Made by a program: the position numbers and the translations under genes
Notes under the pieces: model-generated
The model's input: the letters and a program-made list of their open reading frames with translations, nothing else
Database searches by the model: none
What the model was told of the DNA's origin: nothing
Source: Diadema antillarum
Lineage: Eukaryota
NCBI RefSeq assembly: GCF_040938485.1
Contig: NW_027270908.1
Coordinates: 2,480,001-2,544,000 of the forward strand
Reading direction: 5' to 3'
DNA length: 64,000 nt
Shown here: piece after piece, positions 1 through 64,000 of the stretch
Position numbering within the stretch: position 1 is the first letter of the stretch
Layout: each line of letters begins with the position of its first letter

Positions 1-427
1 CCCGTGAGTCATCACTTCTACCCATGAAACACTGCGTCATCCCGCCATAAAGACGGACCAATCACACGATTCCACGTCACTCTCACCCGCCTCCCATAAA
101 GACTTTCGTCATCTGCCTTCTATCTATTTATTTTGTCTTGAAAGTCATGGTAAGTATGCCTTTCAAGCGATTCCATTGCACACTTCCGCTCCTGCACTCG
201 TTCTCCATTCTGGCACAAAGTCCGTTTTTTCCCCATACCTCAAATCACGTGCCCGTCATGAACTTTGACCTCACTTCCTGCTCGGAACCTCTCCATCATC
301 CATATTTGACATTGGAAGTCACGTGATCTATAATTATTTCCACCAGGAAATATATAATTTCTTCTGTTTAGAAGGAGAAAAGAAATCACTGTGCAAATGG
401 TCTTCCCTTTTCGCTCACGCTCACCAG

Positions 428-63435
<63,008 letters not shown>

Positions 63436-64000
63436 GTGTGTGAACATTTTATTCCCCAATTTCTTAGCTTTCATTTTTATTTCAACAATTATTAAGTAAT
63501 TTGAAGGACTTTTGCTTTCTCCTCATAATATTTGAAAGAATACTGTACATTGATTTGTGACAACCTTCTACTATTGTTATTATCATCATTCGTATTCCAT
63601 GTTAGGTGTAAATATTGTTTAATTGGTCAATAATTCATAGCGTGGAACAATAAGTATATTATTCGGTAATATGTTTTCCTTCGTTCAACATAATCGACAT
63701 CAGTTGTTTCTCTGTCTCATTAGAAATACATTAAGATAATGATTATCTTTTTTCCCCCGGAGGAAAACATTTATTAATATTTTTCAGAGTGGTTACATGA
63801 AATTACATAATACAATACAATGCTGGAAAAAAAGTATCGAAAATAATAAGATGATCATTATCTTACTATCAATGCAGATAAGAAAGTCAGTGAATAAACA
63901 AAGACCTTAGAGTGACACAAGTCAATGCGATACAGATTGTATTTAAAGGCATGATATTTTATGTGATAAGTTTTAATCGTTATGTCTTGGTAATCAACAT

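Overview
Eukaryotic (animal) genomic DNA. The whole window lies inside one giant, intron-rich, + strand gene of the titin/connectin/twitchin family; no start, stop or kinase domain is visible, so the gene continues on both sides. By reading GT-AG boundaries and frames by hand I recover 69 exons (22,779 nt, about 7,590 codons) that splice into one open frame. Domain order: Glu-rich PEVK-like exon, 7 tandem Ig, 1 Ig, then 62 consecutive fibronectin type III (Fn3) domains with no Ig among them (11395-59995), then the ordinary Ig-Fn-Fn pattern (60529-63435). All exons are phase 1-1 except three Fn3 domains split by a phase-0 intron at the same codon. Inside the Fn3 tract are a 3-exon duplication with patchy near-identity, nine fused double-Fn3 exons whose first domain lacks the tyrosine-corner Tyr, and a 10-domain (4-3-3) super-repeat. 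Introns are AT-rich with microsatellites and several non-autonomous DNA transposons. The exon/intron composition and repeat types suggest a marine invertebrate, possibly an echinoderm; this is unverified inference. All counts are manual and no database search was possible.
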